DNA of 64,000 nt from Paraphysomonas bandaiensis (taxonomy: Eukaryota; Protista; Chrysophyceae), in NCBI GenBank assembly GCA_965644295.1, contig CBFFRP010000039.1, positions 1 through 64,000 on the forward strand. The letters run 5' to 3'. The notes beneath the pieces are model-generated. The model was not told where the DNA came from. It saw only the letters and a program-made list of their open reading frames with translations, and made no database searches. Shown here in pieces: positions 37,709 through 50,812 of this stretch (position 1 is the stretch's first letter; each line of letters starts with the position of its first letter). The translations under genes were made by a program, and so were the position numbers.

Positions 37709-38896
37709 ACATGCGATATTGGTAAATAATGAGTATTTATCATACGCCTAACAGTTTGGATGATATTTCTGTCAATATAACGTAGCAACTCAATACCTCC
37801 CTATTCTTTACCGAATGACTGCAGTTTATCCTGCCAGCGGGACAGGCTTTTTCTATATGCTGGGCTGCACTGGTGCTTTGCTTTTGTATTATGTTGTATT
37901 GTATTATCACGTTGCTTTTCGGAAACTAACTGCCATATGTTTTAGTTTAACTGTATAGTGCTCCAACTAGACAACAATAACTATTTTCTTCATTAATATC
38001 TCTATTAAACTTGAGTTATTGGTTTCATGATTGTATTGATATGCAAGTATTGGTGTGGCAGAAGAGAATATTCATCAACACTGTTGCAATATATCATCCT
38101 TTGCTTGATCTGCTTTTAGATGCCAACATCGGCGGGGTGACGGCTGGTCAATATTCAATATACTGCATTCAATTTGGACATGATACTAAAGTAAACTGTA
38201 TACAACGTAAAATTTGACCGTATTTTTGGTTGCACACAAAGCTTCATTCTTAGCTATGCACTTCCACGAAAGAACTACAGTTGTAATTATTAATTCAAGC
38301 ACTTCATATGATGTTCACTGTTCTCCTTCCCATTAGTTTATCATATGTTCACCACACAATACCATCTTACAATGAATATCTTAAATAGACAAACATCAGT
38401 AATTATATCCACCTATTGTGCTCTGTATACTATCCCTTCTCTTCAATTGACAATATATATCACATCATACAGCAGAACTCAACAGACAGAAATAAAATAG
38501 CGAAACTGTAGTGGTAATAAGTTAGCACTGTAGAACTATAGAATACACATAGAACCTGCTTTTATGTGTGTATGCTTTACTTATAGAGTTCAGAGTAACC
38601 GTATAATTTAAACAGAGGTGGCATCCGCATCACCAGGATTCAAACGAGGGTAAGAGGGCAGCTCTGACCTTATCTACGTTCGAATCAGCAGGGTTCCATC
38701 TATCAACATGCAGCGCTATCTCCTCTTGTGTTCGAGTGTACAATCAAGTCATTCTGTTAAAGTATTTAGCAATTTTGCTTGATTCAGGCTTTAAGCATCT
38801 TGCGTTGCCACTTATTCCAAAAGCATCGGTTTTAAGGTGCAAAAATCATAGAAGTGTGTATATTTTGTTGCAACAAAATTTCGAGCCAAGACAAAA

Positions 38897-39015
38897 ACGG
38901 ACAGTACCCGGACTTCGCACGTGGTCACCCACCGTACTACTAACCGGGCCAGATGCAACTTAACTTCCGCGAGCGGAACGAGAGCGGGTGCGGTTTGCAT
39001 TGTATGACCGTCCAT
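38897..39015 (-). rRNA. 5S rRNA gene
   Basis: 119 nt ATGGACGGTCATAC...CGGAAGTTAAG...GGTTAGTAGTACGGTGGGTGACCACGTGCGAAGTCCGGGTACTGTCCGT. Stem I pairs, A/C boxes are present, an oligo-T terminator follows and a TATA lies ~20-30 nt upstream. Confidence 0.95.
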
Positions 39016-39479
39016 ACTGAGTGGACTTGATTTTATATATAGAAAACCATTAAATGGGGGGTTTATCTTTTTTTGAGTATTATGTTGTGTCTGATGGATT
39101 TTTCTAGATGTCTGGTGATGATGATGATTTTGATGGCTGATATTTCAGTATTTTGGTCCTCACGTTTGATTGGCTGGATGCATGAAGTGTTTCATGTTCT
39201 TTTGTTCTTCAGCCACAAAGTTGTGAAGATATGCTTCATGGCTGTTTATATGCACAATCTCATAGCAAACTATTGAGATCAGCCCTCCATCACAATCATC
39301 TCGACCTACAATATAATAATAGTCGCACATACCGCGACTGTCTATTTCTCTTTGAATCAATTTACTTTTGTGTCAACAACCCCTCTGTGTGAGCGCGTTT
39401 GCGGTTGATATCTTGTTCAGCTAACTACTATCTTCCACATCTTATCACTTGTTTGAACTCATCTAAGGCCTCTTATACG

Positions 39480-41233
39480 ATGTCTGAGAGAATAATGCAG
39501 AACGGAAACGGAACTGTGCATGTCGGTGAAGAGCCCGACCTCTGGGCAGGGTTCTCGGTATCATCGTGGTGTGATGCTGTCTCGCAGCCGGACTCCACAT
39601 TCTGGGAGCTGTATAAGTACACTACCCAATTGATCGAGGAGGAGTTGGCTATGAACAATCATGATGTAATTTTGGAAGTTGGCTGCGGCACTGGAGAATT
39701 GCTCAGTAGCATTACCACTGACGTTCCTCGTGTGGGCATCGATGTGAGGCTCTATATCCTGTAACTAGATATACTCTAATATATATGTAGATTAATCCCA
39801 GATTTGTAGAGTGGTGCCGGAATAAATATTCCAATATCGACTTTGATGTAGTTGATGCGACTGAGCTGGTTGCATGGTGGAAACAAAGTCCATACAAGCA
39901 CTACAAGTCACCCCTTATTCTTTGCTGTAACAATACCATGAATATCATTCCACCTTCTATTCGTTACACTGTTACCCAAGAGATGAGGAAATTATGTTCT
40001 ACCTCAGGTCGTGTTATGGTCAGTTTCTGGAACGGTCGTTACTTTTCGCACGGTGTTATGGACTTTTATCTGCGTAACCCTGCGCTATGTGGACCGGTGG
40101 ACGTGACCACAGATATCAATTGGAAGACGAACACTCTTCAAACTAAGTCAGGCTATCACACGCAGTGGCTTAACCCGGAATGGGTAATGCGATTGTTGAA
40201 ATGCTACGACTTAGATCCGCAGTATTCCTCCAGCCTCATACCTGGTGACTGTTTGCTGACGCATGGGCTAGGCATTTTTGTTTTTTTCTCAAGCAGAACA
40301 TCGGGGGCGAGGGACCTATACGACTCCGATGACGCCCAGATGTTTTACTCTCAGGTAATCGTGAGCGTGACATTGAAATAGAGATTAGGTAATTCTATTA
40401 CATCGGAGTAGGTATGGGGTGGGGGGACCATGCATTTGGGTAGATACGAGGATGTACGTCTTTCCTCTGATCCCCACGTTTTGTCTTCTCAAATAATAAA
40501 TGCCCAAAACTTGCATGAAGAGGATTTTTGTGCAGCGGTGAAAGCCAAGATAGAGCACTCCGAGGGTCGTCCAATTCCTTGCCGGGTACTGGATATGGGC
40601 TGTGGCTACGGGGGTTTGCTGCGGAAGTTCAAGGACTACAAATTTCTACGAAATGGAATTGGTATAGACTTCAGTGCTAAGATGTGTCAGCAGTGTATAC
40701 TCAATAACAAGCTAGCGTCGATGGGGGATGTTATCGACGTCCGCAATGAGTCTTTCCTCGACACGTCGCTGTACGATGAAACTGTGGATGTCTGTGTTAG
40801 CATGGAGGCCTTTCTTCACGTAGGAGTGGAGCGGCATGCCGCAGCTCTTAAAGAAGCTCATCGGGTTCTGCGTCCAGGGGGATGGCTCTTGTTCTCCGAC
40901 ATTCTCGAATGCCCTGGAGTAGACAGGGACGAGATAAAGCCTATGTATGAAGGGTTGCACCTCAAGAAACTGGGAACTGTGGAAGAATATGTGAAGCTGG
41001 CTAAAGAAATTGGTTTCAGTGAAATTTCCTTTGAATCTCACTCACCGAATGTACCTATTCACTATGAAGCACTCCATGCTCTCGTGGTGGCGTACCGAAA
41101 TCATCCCGACCCAGCGAAACGGCTTCAGGCTTCCCCAGAGTTCTTAGAGAACCAACTGGCGATTATGAAAGCCTGGGCGAATCTCTCCGCTGGGAGAATT
41201 GACTGGGGCATTTTCTACATGCGCAAGGTTTAG
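39480..41233 (+). CDS. Two-domain SAM methyltransferase; C-domain sarcosine/dimethylglycine N-methyltransferase-like (~549 aa, 3 exons)
   Basis: Exons 39480-39743, 39791-40354, 40412-41233. Motif I twice (ILEVGCGTG; VLDMGCGYGG); YDSDDAQMFYSQ|VWGGGTMHLG, SMEAFLH, RVLRPGG, WGIF. Confidence 0.85.
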
Positions 41234-42739
41234 AGGCTCGATAAGGTCACCACGAGTCTATACTCTCGGTTGTTGGAACGCAGATGTGCACCAATGTCTT
41301 TCACGATTGGTGTGAGTAGAATGGTAGATGGTTAGGTTTTCTTTATAGTAAGTACCTCGTCAATGTCATGTATGACAACAGTGCTAAAGTGTGGTGAATG
41401 ATGTCCAACAGTCTCGAAATTAACAACGTATTTGGAATGGTAGTTAACGTATTAAAACCATTAACTAATTATAAAAATTCAGTGCGCGATCGAAATAAGT
41501 AAAGACAGAAATAGTTCTGGGTCTCTGTATGAAGTAGTGGCAGCACTATAAAATTCCCACGTTTGCATTATGTTTACTAGTAACACTTACTTCTATTCAC
41601 ACATAGTAACAACTTAGTAACACTATATAGAAATATATAGATTTACTTATGACTATAATATATAAAATTTAACGGACAAGAAGCGATAAGTAAGCGCCGT
41701 GTCTGTTTAAGATCTAAAGAATAGATCCTATTCGATAGTCTTGTCTTCGCGAAAGGTTCAGTAAATCGCTAACTGGCTACATTTATGGAGAAGTCAATGG
41801 TTGGATGCTGCTCACATCGACTAATGTTTTGGCAATTGCAAATATTTTTTGCACCCAACCAGGCCTCTAGATCTCTAGATGAATCGTTTCCTTGAAGAAT
41901 CTAAAGACTCTAAAGCATTGTTGTCAGCACATGTGTTGAAAAGGTCTGGTCATTACTGTGTCCTATATTATCGTTACTAGGGATTTTACAATTATGGCTA
42001 AGTGTAGAACTACTAAGCGTTTTAGCAACAATATGCTTTTGAGAAGGGCAAGCTACTCTATGTGGCAAAAATTCAGAGGAACGATGACAGAGAACTGAGA
42101 GGCAATGAGTAAAGAGCCGTTTGATATCTGCAGCTGGATTTATTAATTATTGGTAAAATATTGATATCTGTGCGGACGAAAGTGAAGAATCTGACTTTTC
42201 CCAGCGTAATCTGGACACTGGACAGTGTCGAAGCTATCAAGAGTGCTCGACTTAGCTTACTTCATATCGAAGCGCAATCTAAAGTTTTTGAGAAGCGCTA
42301 TAGTCGTGCAAATTTGATTATGACACCTACTGATCATCGAAACATGAATCCATATTTTGAAACATCTAGAATCGTTGTCGTGGGATGCTTTTACCCACAA
42401 TGAAGCAGTTGAATCGAGTACAGTGATTATGTACGTGAGTTACAATTCGTAGTTTGCTATTTATTGTACGATGAATATACACGATGTGTCGCAGGCTTGC
42501 GAAACAACTAATTTTGGCAATAAATTGGTGAGAGGTATCTAACAGTAAAGTAATTAATCAAGCGTCGAATTAATACCTGCAATTCTATTGCTAGCATTTT
42601 GAACTCCGATCTCATCCAAAAGATGGAGAAAAGTCAACACTTTACTTTTCAATTTCTTTTCAAGCCAATTTCTTTACTTGGCAATCATTGCCATGATTAG
42701 ACATAATTAGAAAGCCAATTAATTGTTACTCGAGAGTCT

Positions 42740-43800
42740 GATGCACAATGCGCAGCATGTATGTCACATCGAAGCAAGCTATAATCTTTTTCATGTCTGT
42801 GTTTCGCGCACTACTACCGCGCAACCTGGCACAAGCAGATGGTGGTTCCCACCTACACCGGAGAGTGCTGAATACCGTGTTGACATGGGACAAATCTTTT
42901 AGCGTAGGGAGAAACCGGGCTAAGACCAAACAAGGTCTTGACCTGGCCAAAGCCGCATGTTCTGACTGTGGCATTCGACTGTAGACTCAAACACATGTGT
43001 CTAGACTACACACATGACACCATCACCCAGATACGGGAGACGACCTTCTTTCAAAGACACAAAAATGCGCTTCACGAGATACTGAGAGATCAGGATCTAC
43101 CCCACTGGACCTCCAGTGCGCTACAGAGGAGGCTCTCGAGTAGAGCCTGGAGCCCATCCATCCCACAGGTGGAGAGATACTGGACAGGTACCATCACCAC
43201 AGCTCAACTCGAGATGGTTCTTGGAGATCACATCCATGCGTCCCACCCCAAGGACTCCACAACCTTGAGGTAGCGGTCATCAGACACTGCTTCTCCCGCT
43301 TTTTGCTGCAGCAAAGCTCATGATACAAGATCGTAGTCGCCGATATATTACCCTACACAAAGGACCCCCTAGGCTACTCCCGCGACCGCGTCAGAAACGT
43401 AGGCAGTCATGGAAACGCCCAAGGGAGCTACGATTACTAGGAGTCCGTAGACGACCCGAGACTGGACCACCGCCCACCGCTCACCGCTCACCGCTCACAA
43501 TCATATCCCCAGGAACATATCACCGTTCTGCAAAAAACCCTCCGGCCCTTGACAACGACGCCGTCTCCGGCAACTCTACCTATGCCCGAGGCCCAAACGG
43601 TGCACTGAGTACTGAGACAACGCCACATTCCAACTCCCCACCCAACTCTCAGCCCACACACCTAGCACTCGGTACACTCAGGACCTTCCTACAGAACCCG
43701 GTACCACCACAAAGCCCTGTGGAATCTCATCCCAAGGGGTGATCCCTGATAACACGCGCCAGTGAGTCCTGGGACACACACGAGCATGGCGAAACTCATA
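42740..43800 (+). mobile_element. 5'-truncated non-LTR (LINE-like) retrotransposon remnant
   Basis: Frameshifted C-terminal zinc-knuckle CSDCG.../KHMCLDYTH..ITQIR, followed by an Arg/Pro-rich tail; intronless, C/A-rich strand, interrupted by stops. Confidence 0.55.
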
Positions 43801-44530
43801 ATCAACATTAAGAACGGAAGTGGTCGCACCTTTGTGCTTGTGGCGACGTACAAGCAGCTTCTGTAACGCTAAATAGTAGGATAATAGAGTTTGTATTGAT
43901 TAGTTACGGGTAGTGGTCTAACTAGTATGACTAGCATTCTTCTAGCCACTAATTGATGCAAGGTCTCAACGCCTATTGCTAAATAATCAGACATTCACTA
44001 CTAGAGTTTGTGCCGATTAGTTATGAATAGAGGTCTAAATAGTCTGTCTTGCATTTAACATTCAACTAGCCATTACATTGGAGCAGATTTTTTTTAACGC
44101 CTACTGCAAAATAATAAGACTTTTAATATGTCTGTGTTTCGCTGAAAAATTGAAGAGTAAATAACACTATTTTGATTATTTAGCGGTATATAACGTCAAC
44201 GTAGACTGCGAGCTAAAAAACAGAAGGAAAGAATACCAAGCTATAAAACTACGTTAAGTCAGTTTTTATATATATCATCTTAGATTTATTGCAGCGGAAA
44301 TTCAATTCCATCTGTGACAATACAATTTACATCACACAGCAGAGTCAACTACGGATAATAAATCCCCAGCCACTCTGCTTCTTACATCATTCTTTTCATC
44401 ATCTCAATTACAACACAGCAATAAGACTCCACTCTACGCTGGCATAGTACTCGTGATCTACTAGGCTACCACAATCGTCATGTTTTGCCCTATCGAGCAC
44501 ATGAGTATACTACGATCTAATACTGAATCA

Positions 44531-47527
44531 TCAGCCAGCGAACAGATATGCTCCCGCCCCACGCTCACCAGTGGCGCCTTTCTTGATTGCACAATGAAAG
44601 CACGCATCATCTTCCTCCAAATTCAACTCTCCGCACTTTTTATTCAGACACCTCCACGTGCCGTCTTCGTTGATAACAACTGCAGTACGTGGGGATACCT
44701 TAGGTCCACTCGAGTCTCCACTACCCACAGTACCGTTAGAAGAACGTGTGTGAGCAGTCGGCTGGGTAGGGGCAGCAGTTCGGGGAGCCCGTCTATCTTG
44801 CCTTGGTACTTCTTTGCGTCTTAAACTGGAGGCTGATGTTGAGCTACGCATTGGCTTAACCTTTTGGTCACGAGACGGTTTACGACCACTATGGTGAGAT
44901 CTGGGCGTAATTTCTGTTTCTTCTGAGTCTCGCGGACTGCTCTGATGCATACCAGCACTCGCAACCCGCCTGTGCTGTCGCCCCTCTCCCCCAGAGCTGC
45001 CTTCACTTCCTTGTGAGCTTCCCGAACCCCGTCGACGAGGACCTGTGTCCCTGTCGCTATAGTGAGGTGGACGTCTACTAGTACCTTCATCATAAGTTGT
45101 TTTGGCTCGGCGGGGCCGCTCCTGGCGTTCATACACCACGTCCTCCGCTTGAGACTGCACGACACGTGGCGTGGGCGTTGAGCTGCTTGATCGCACACCA
45201 CCACTTGCAAATGGATTGGAAGAAGCTGATGCGTAAGGGTTTGGGGCTACGATTGGAGATGCTTGACCTTCAACTGCAGCCAGGGCAGAGGCAGCACTAG
45301 ATGGCTTCGAAAATGGGTTGCTGTGTGAAGGGGAGGACGAGTAGCCTTGGTTTCCACTGCTTGGAGAGCTGTATAATAGCAAATAACAACAAGGAAAATT
45401 AGGGCAATAAAATTACACTGTATTCAAAGTTGCACGCGCAAGGAATGGGCATGGAAAACACCACACGACCCTAAGTATATCAACATGCTTACCTTGATCC
45501 CTCCCTGCTATCTTTTCCGTATCGTTTTGCAGCTAGTCTGCTGTCGATGTCGCCTAAAGTATCGTTCGGGCGGTATGATGCCCGGGCGGCCACTCGTTCT
45601 AACTGTTGTCGAATATCTCCGGAGTTACCGGATTCGCCAATACTCTCACTGAGCTCTTCATCACTGATTGTTATCGACAACAAAAGTTAGCAGAGAGGTT
45701 TCAAAATATAAATACAGATAATATCGAAGCACACAGCTGTACAAATGAAACAGGCACTTATACAAAAGTAAACTACATTTATCTTGAGCACGCGGCATGT
45801 CACGCAGAAATGAAACTTGTAAACACTAGCACAACATTACCTCAATTGTAAAAATGGATCCCCCAGTAGCTCATCCGCCATAGGTCTATTTTTCGCATCC
45901 TTTTCAAAACAGCGTTCCAGGAATATTCTGAGATCATCTGGTATATCACGGTCTATTGGTGGAATTCCTTCCCATGTGGACAACAGCATGTGGAGCTGGA
46001 TCAGAGTCTGCAGCTTCCGGTCCTTCCATGGGGGATCTCCTGTCAGCATCTGAATAATTGTACAGCCAACCGCCCATATATCTCCTCTTCTACCATACTT
46101 GCTCTCGGCTAAAACCTCGGGGGCCATAAAGTACGGGGTTCCTTTAATAGTTGTAGTCTCTTGCGTTTCTCCAAATGCCATAGTTGTAGATGCACCGAAA
46201 TCAGCCAACTTAACATGACCAGCATCATCCACGAGTATATTTCCCCCTTTGATATCCCTATAATAGAAATAAGATGGTGTATATATATGTAACTACACAT
46301 CGAGCGCACTGTGGCAAATAGTAAGATGCACCCATACCGACTATCCTTGAGATGATCGACAAGCATGTACAGGCATACAGAGTAGATGTCACAGTTGTGA
46401 AATCGTTTCATAAAAATTGAGAATTTTATGTATCGTAGTAGTACCTGTGCACTATGCCGTTGGTATGAAGGTATAGAAGGCCACACAAAATCTGAGCTGT
46501 ATACGTCCTGACTACTCCCACAGAAAACGGACCAAATCGCTGAAGCAAACCGGCCACTGAGCCACCGGGAACCCATTCTTGAAATATGTACACAACTCCC
46601 TGGTCCTCATCAACCTACAAGTCAAACTTACATATTAATTTCTCAATATATACTCTAACGGCATGAGGAATGAGTCCTTCGTCAACACAACATCCTAACA
46701 TTATGTACAATATGACAAACCTTAGCTCCAAGATACATCACAATATTTGGATGGCTCAGCGTCTGCATTAATTCTATTTCTGCGGTAAGATTGTGCACTT
46801 CCTTATGATTCGTAATGTTCATTCGCTTGACAGCAAATAAGAATCCATCATCGCTCATGCCTTGAAATACTTCTCCAAACGCGCCGGAACCAATTTTCTC
46901 TCCTAGTCGCCATTGACCGCGCTGTATCCATGACGTCGTTTTAAATTTAGATGCCCGTATCGGCGCCAGAGCAGGAGAGGACATCATGGCTCGTGCCTGC
47001 GAACTGATTTCGACTCCACTTGGTGCTGACTTACTTCGGTGCGGCGTGGGCTCCTTTTCAGTATATGTCGGATAAACATTACTCGTCTGGGCTCTGCGTT
47101 GATAACCCATGTTTGTGTTATCAATTTCATCGCTATCTTCGGCTTCGAAGTCACTATCGTCATAGTCTTCAAAATCATCAGCATAACGCTCTTCGGACTT
47201 ATCAGATTTTTCTCGCCCTAATATTTCAGTCGTTTTCGGGGAAGCATTAATAACCATACTGCCCAATCGTAATAAAGTCTCACTACTAAATCCAAACTTC
47301 TCAAATTCACTCAATATTTCAATGTGTTTCTTTCCTTTTGAGACCTTTCGATTGATAATGTCGAATGCTCGTATGATCTTCTCCTCATCTTTCTCTAGTA
47401 GACGATCAGACACCACTTGCTTCTCAAACCGTTCCAAGAATTTACTTCCTTCTATTGTAAGTCCACGCTCAAAACACTCGTTGACTTCATCCATATCGAT
47501 AGCCATATCTGGTATATCATCCTCCAT
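44531..47527 (-). CDS. STE11/MAP3K-like Ser/Thr kinase with C-terminal RanBP2-type zinc finger (multi-exon)
   Basis: GEKIGSGAFGEV, FAVK, LSHPNIVMYLG, EWVPGGS, HR|DIKGGNIL, KLADFG, GTPYFMAPE, DIWAVGC; terminal WRCLNKKCGELN..DDACFHC. Confidence 0.9.
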
Positions 47528-48422
47528 AATAACTACTACACTACACACACTAACACATGCGCTCTGATCTGATCTGATCTGATAGAGATGAGATGAGATG
47601 AGATAGATCCACCTCACGATACTCTAGATAGTAAGAATATCTTATCTTCCAGGTAGTTAAGGGCGTGTGCGGGTGTGTTATGAGGATGAGGTGACACACC
47701 TCTCATATATAGACATGTACACACACACATACATACATACATGTACTGTACAGAGCATACGGGTGTGTATATATATCAATCCCAACTACCTTCCTGCTGT
47801 ATACATATAGAGTACAGACAGTCATACAGTACAAGTGTAGACCGTGCACTGCTCAACAGAGAAGGATATACAACATACAATATACAATATACAATACAGT
47901 GTCGTATGGTCAAAATATCCCCGATTTTCAAGTAAGAAATTTCAGTGATATTCCTCATATTCTCCGTACGTAGTACAAAATTCAACATGTCAGTTCAACT
48001 TCTGCCCATATAGGGGATATTGTATCCACAAGTGCAAGAGGCTGGTGTATACCCCTCACACATACTGCTGTATGTACGTGTCCATATGGTAGAGCCTGTA
48101 GCACTGCACAGGTACAGGTACATACCGACACACACATAACCTCACAGAGGACTGAAACTGAAAGAGTTGAACAACTCAATGATTGAGGAGCACAACCCCA
48201 TCAACACTCTCTTGTTGTGTCTGTAAGCTCTATCTGAGTCCGCAACACACTTCTGAGGGTTACAGGGAGAGTTGTTCATATATCTATCTGCGTCTATTCT
48301 GCTTTATGCACCTACACACACACCTCCTTATGACTTGTGCCTCATCTGCCCTGTAGCTACATTACTTTCTGTTGATATATCCTGTACACTGTTCGTGCGT
48401 GTGTCTATCATATACTCGAACA

Positions 48423-49691
48423 ATGCCACTTGGAGTTCAGGATCATCTACCGGCAGTGCTTCTAGATCACGATAAATCTAATAAATTTCTGAAATCTAAG
48501 TCAAAAAAATCTTCTCGATCATCCCGATCGGTGAGTCCGCTGCCTCATATGGATACAGCCCAGATGTCTCCTGGACGGACCGGTTCGCTCTCCCCAAGTC
48601 GTGATACCAAGGAGGTTCCCTTGCTTCAAACTTCTAATGTGCACAAGCCTCCACCTACTAGGCGTTTCTCAAGAGGTAGAATTGAAAGTACTCGTTCGCT
48701 ATCTCCGAAAAGCAATTCTCGAAGCGACCGGTTAGTATCAGTATCATTATCGCCTAGACGTGAGAAGTCTAACATGACCGTACACCCTCCAAAGAAAAAA
48801 ACAGCTATAGCTGCTCAATCTGCGAAACACGAGAAGCGGCTAGATTCTCTTTCCCCAATCACTAGCCAGGATACCTGTCGAGCACATAGGAGTTGTGGTA
48901 GTCATAATATACCACCTATTATATCCCGACGAAATTCAGCGAAACTGTTGTCAAGTTTTACACCGTCCTGTGATGTTATTTCTCAACTCTCACCAAGAGA
49001 AAGCGGGAAATTGATGGATTTGACCACTTCGTTGACTAGGCACACATCGAATAATGGGCGGGAGAGTGACAGTACATTTGATCCGGCTATAGAAGGTACT
49101 TGGACTGATAAGCCGGCTTCTGCTGGTAGCGGTGAAAGTGGAGAGATGCCTGCACTATCCAGACAGGTGAAACGAGATAGTGGAAGAATTATTGAATTAT
49201 GCAAGCGACTATCAAGGGAAGCAAGCACTTCTCCACGATCGTTGCTGACTAGTCCTCGAAGTGATCAGAATATGTTTAGCAACACGTCGGATATAGCATC
49301 GGATGTACGAAAGCTCGAAATGGAAAGTGATCCCACAATGGACGCTTGGAGCGATATGGTATCTATGCACAGCCAGAGCTTGTTTGCGTACAGTAAATCC
49401 TTTTGTCGTAACGACAGCGACGACAACGATGACACTCTGATACTGCGCACTAAAAAGACTACTGTGTCTACGCCCATTAAGAGTGTACCAAGGGAAAATT
49501 CATCTGATATAGAAGAAGAACCACTTCCTGCAGTGAAAAAGACGATAGTAAAAAGATATACAACGTGGAAACCTCCTGAAGATGACCCGCGTGTCATAAC
49601 CCAAAAATTGAGGGAGATGGGAAGTATGGAGAATGGCGAGTACTTATATGAGAGTGATAGTGATGATTTCGATATTTTAAGTGATATTTAA
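48423..49691 (+). CDS. Hypothetical Ser/Arg-rich disordered protein
   Basis: Long uninterrupted ORF with many SP motifs; no domain recognised. Confidence 0.6.
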   Translation: MPLGVQDHLPAVLLDHDKSNKFLKSKSKKSSRSSRSVSPLPHMDTAQMSPGRTGSLSPSRDTKEVPLLQTSNVHKPPPTRRFSRGRIESTRSLSPKSNSRSDRLVSVSLSPRREKSNMTVHPPKKKTAIAAQSAKHEKRLDSLSPITSQDTCRAHRSCGSHNIPPIISRRNSAKLLSSFTPSCDVISQLSPRESGKLMDLTTSLTRHTSNNGRESDSTFDPAIEGTWTDKPASAGSGESGEMPALSRQVKRDSGRIIELCKRLSREASTSPRSLLTSPRSDQNMFSNTSDIASDVRKLEMESDPTMDAWSDMVSMHSQSLFAYSKSFCRNDSDDNDDTLILRTKKTTVSTPIKSVPRENSSDIEEEPLPAVKKTIVKRYTTWKPPEDDPRVITQKLREMGSMENGEYLYESDSDDFDILSDI

Positions 49692-50284
49692 GAAGGTTCT
49701 TATCTTGTATGTATGAAGTTTTTCGCATGGAATTGTACCAGTTTTTTTATGTATGTGCATTTTCGGTTGAGTTGTAGAATCATCACGACTCATTCTGTAC
49801 CACAGACAAAGCAGCCTTCAACAGATAATCATCAGATCAATTTTTCTCCAACGAAATCGACCAGGTTGTGTGTCTTAAAAGTACCATCGTTTATCTACGA
49901 AATGCTGACACTAGGAACTAATCAAATACCACAGGCCTAGCGTTTTGAGCGATGACACAAGGAAAGGAAATTCAGTCAAACAATAGTTAAGTACTTAATT
50001 ACATATTGTACACCAGCAATTTCATGCATACTATTACATCCGTAAACTACCTAGAAAATGTACAAAGCAAAGAGTGTAATTATACACAAAGTAAAATATA
50101 ATATTATCAGCCATGGTGCATCCATGATATACCTCTACAATAAAATCAAATTTTAAATTTTTTTCCGTTTATGGCAGTTCCGCTGACGTGACACTGTGAT
50201 GTCGCTATATATCAGGCTTTTAAAAATCATATCATTGTAAGTAGAAGTAACTCTTCTGCTGTAAGGAGTAAATTGTTAGAGTGC

Positions 50285-50812
50285 TCACGCTTGTAGTGGT
50301 GGGAGCCAAGTATGGTGCATCGGATGGCGTCTAGAAACAATCCTGGAACCCTTTCTAGAGTTCCTATTCTTTCTCACTTCAACCGCCCACACATCGCCAG
50401 CAGGAATATCTCGCTTAAACATTTCAATTGACGAATCTTTGTTGTGATCTGACGCTGGGGTAAGGACGGGAGGTAAAGGAGAAACAGAGCGGTTCATCAC
50501 ACCGTCATGAGAAACTCGTCTCTTTACATTTTTCTTCTTTTTATTAATAGTAGACTTTCCCTGCTCATCAACATGAAGATGATTGTTCCAGTATATTGAT
50601 GGAGACGGGCTCTGTATAGATGAATTCATAGAGCTTGATGACTGGAGCTGTGTCACATCACAGGGGGATGACTCCACAGCCACCGGGTGCAGACGAAAGG
50701 TAACACTTTTCTTCTCTCCCTTGTGTGTGTGGCTATACGGGGATATGTGAGGTCTATGAGGGATGCTCTCATCAGAGGACAGACCCTTTATATACGACTC
50801 AAAGTCAAGCAT
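50285..50812 (-). CDS. Hypothetical protein
   Basis: ~175-aa ORF ending WLPPLQA, preceded by the promoter-like low-complexity tract seen before other genes. Confidence 0.45.
   Translation of the reverse strand: MLDFESYIKGLSSDESIPHRPHISPYSHTHKGEKKSVTFRLHPVAVESSPCDVTQLQSSSSMNSSIQSPSPSIYWNNHLHVDEQGKSTINKKKKNVKRRVSHDGVMNRSVSPLPPVLTPASDHNKDSSIEMFKRDIPAGDVWAVEVRKNRNSRKGSRIVSRRHPMHHTWLPPLQA

Noticed and set aside
38620-38700. tRNA or tRNA-Sec (GTTCGAATC, TTCAAA)
   Set aside because: T-stem and anticodon stem do not pair; no cloverleaf on either strand.
38812-39015. 67-aa ORF
   Set aside because: It overlaps the 5S rRNA gene.
41700-42470. Possible decayed coding sequence
   Set aside because: No recognisable motif in any frame.
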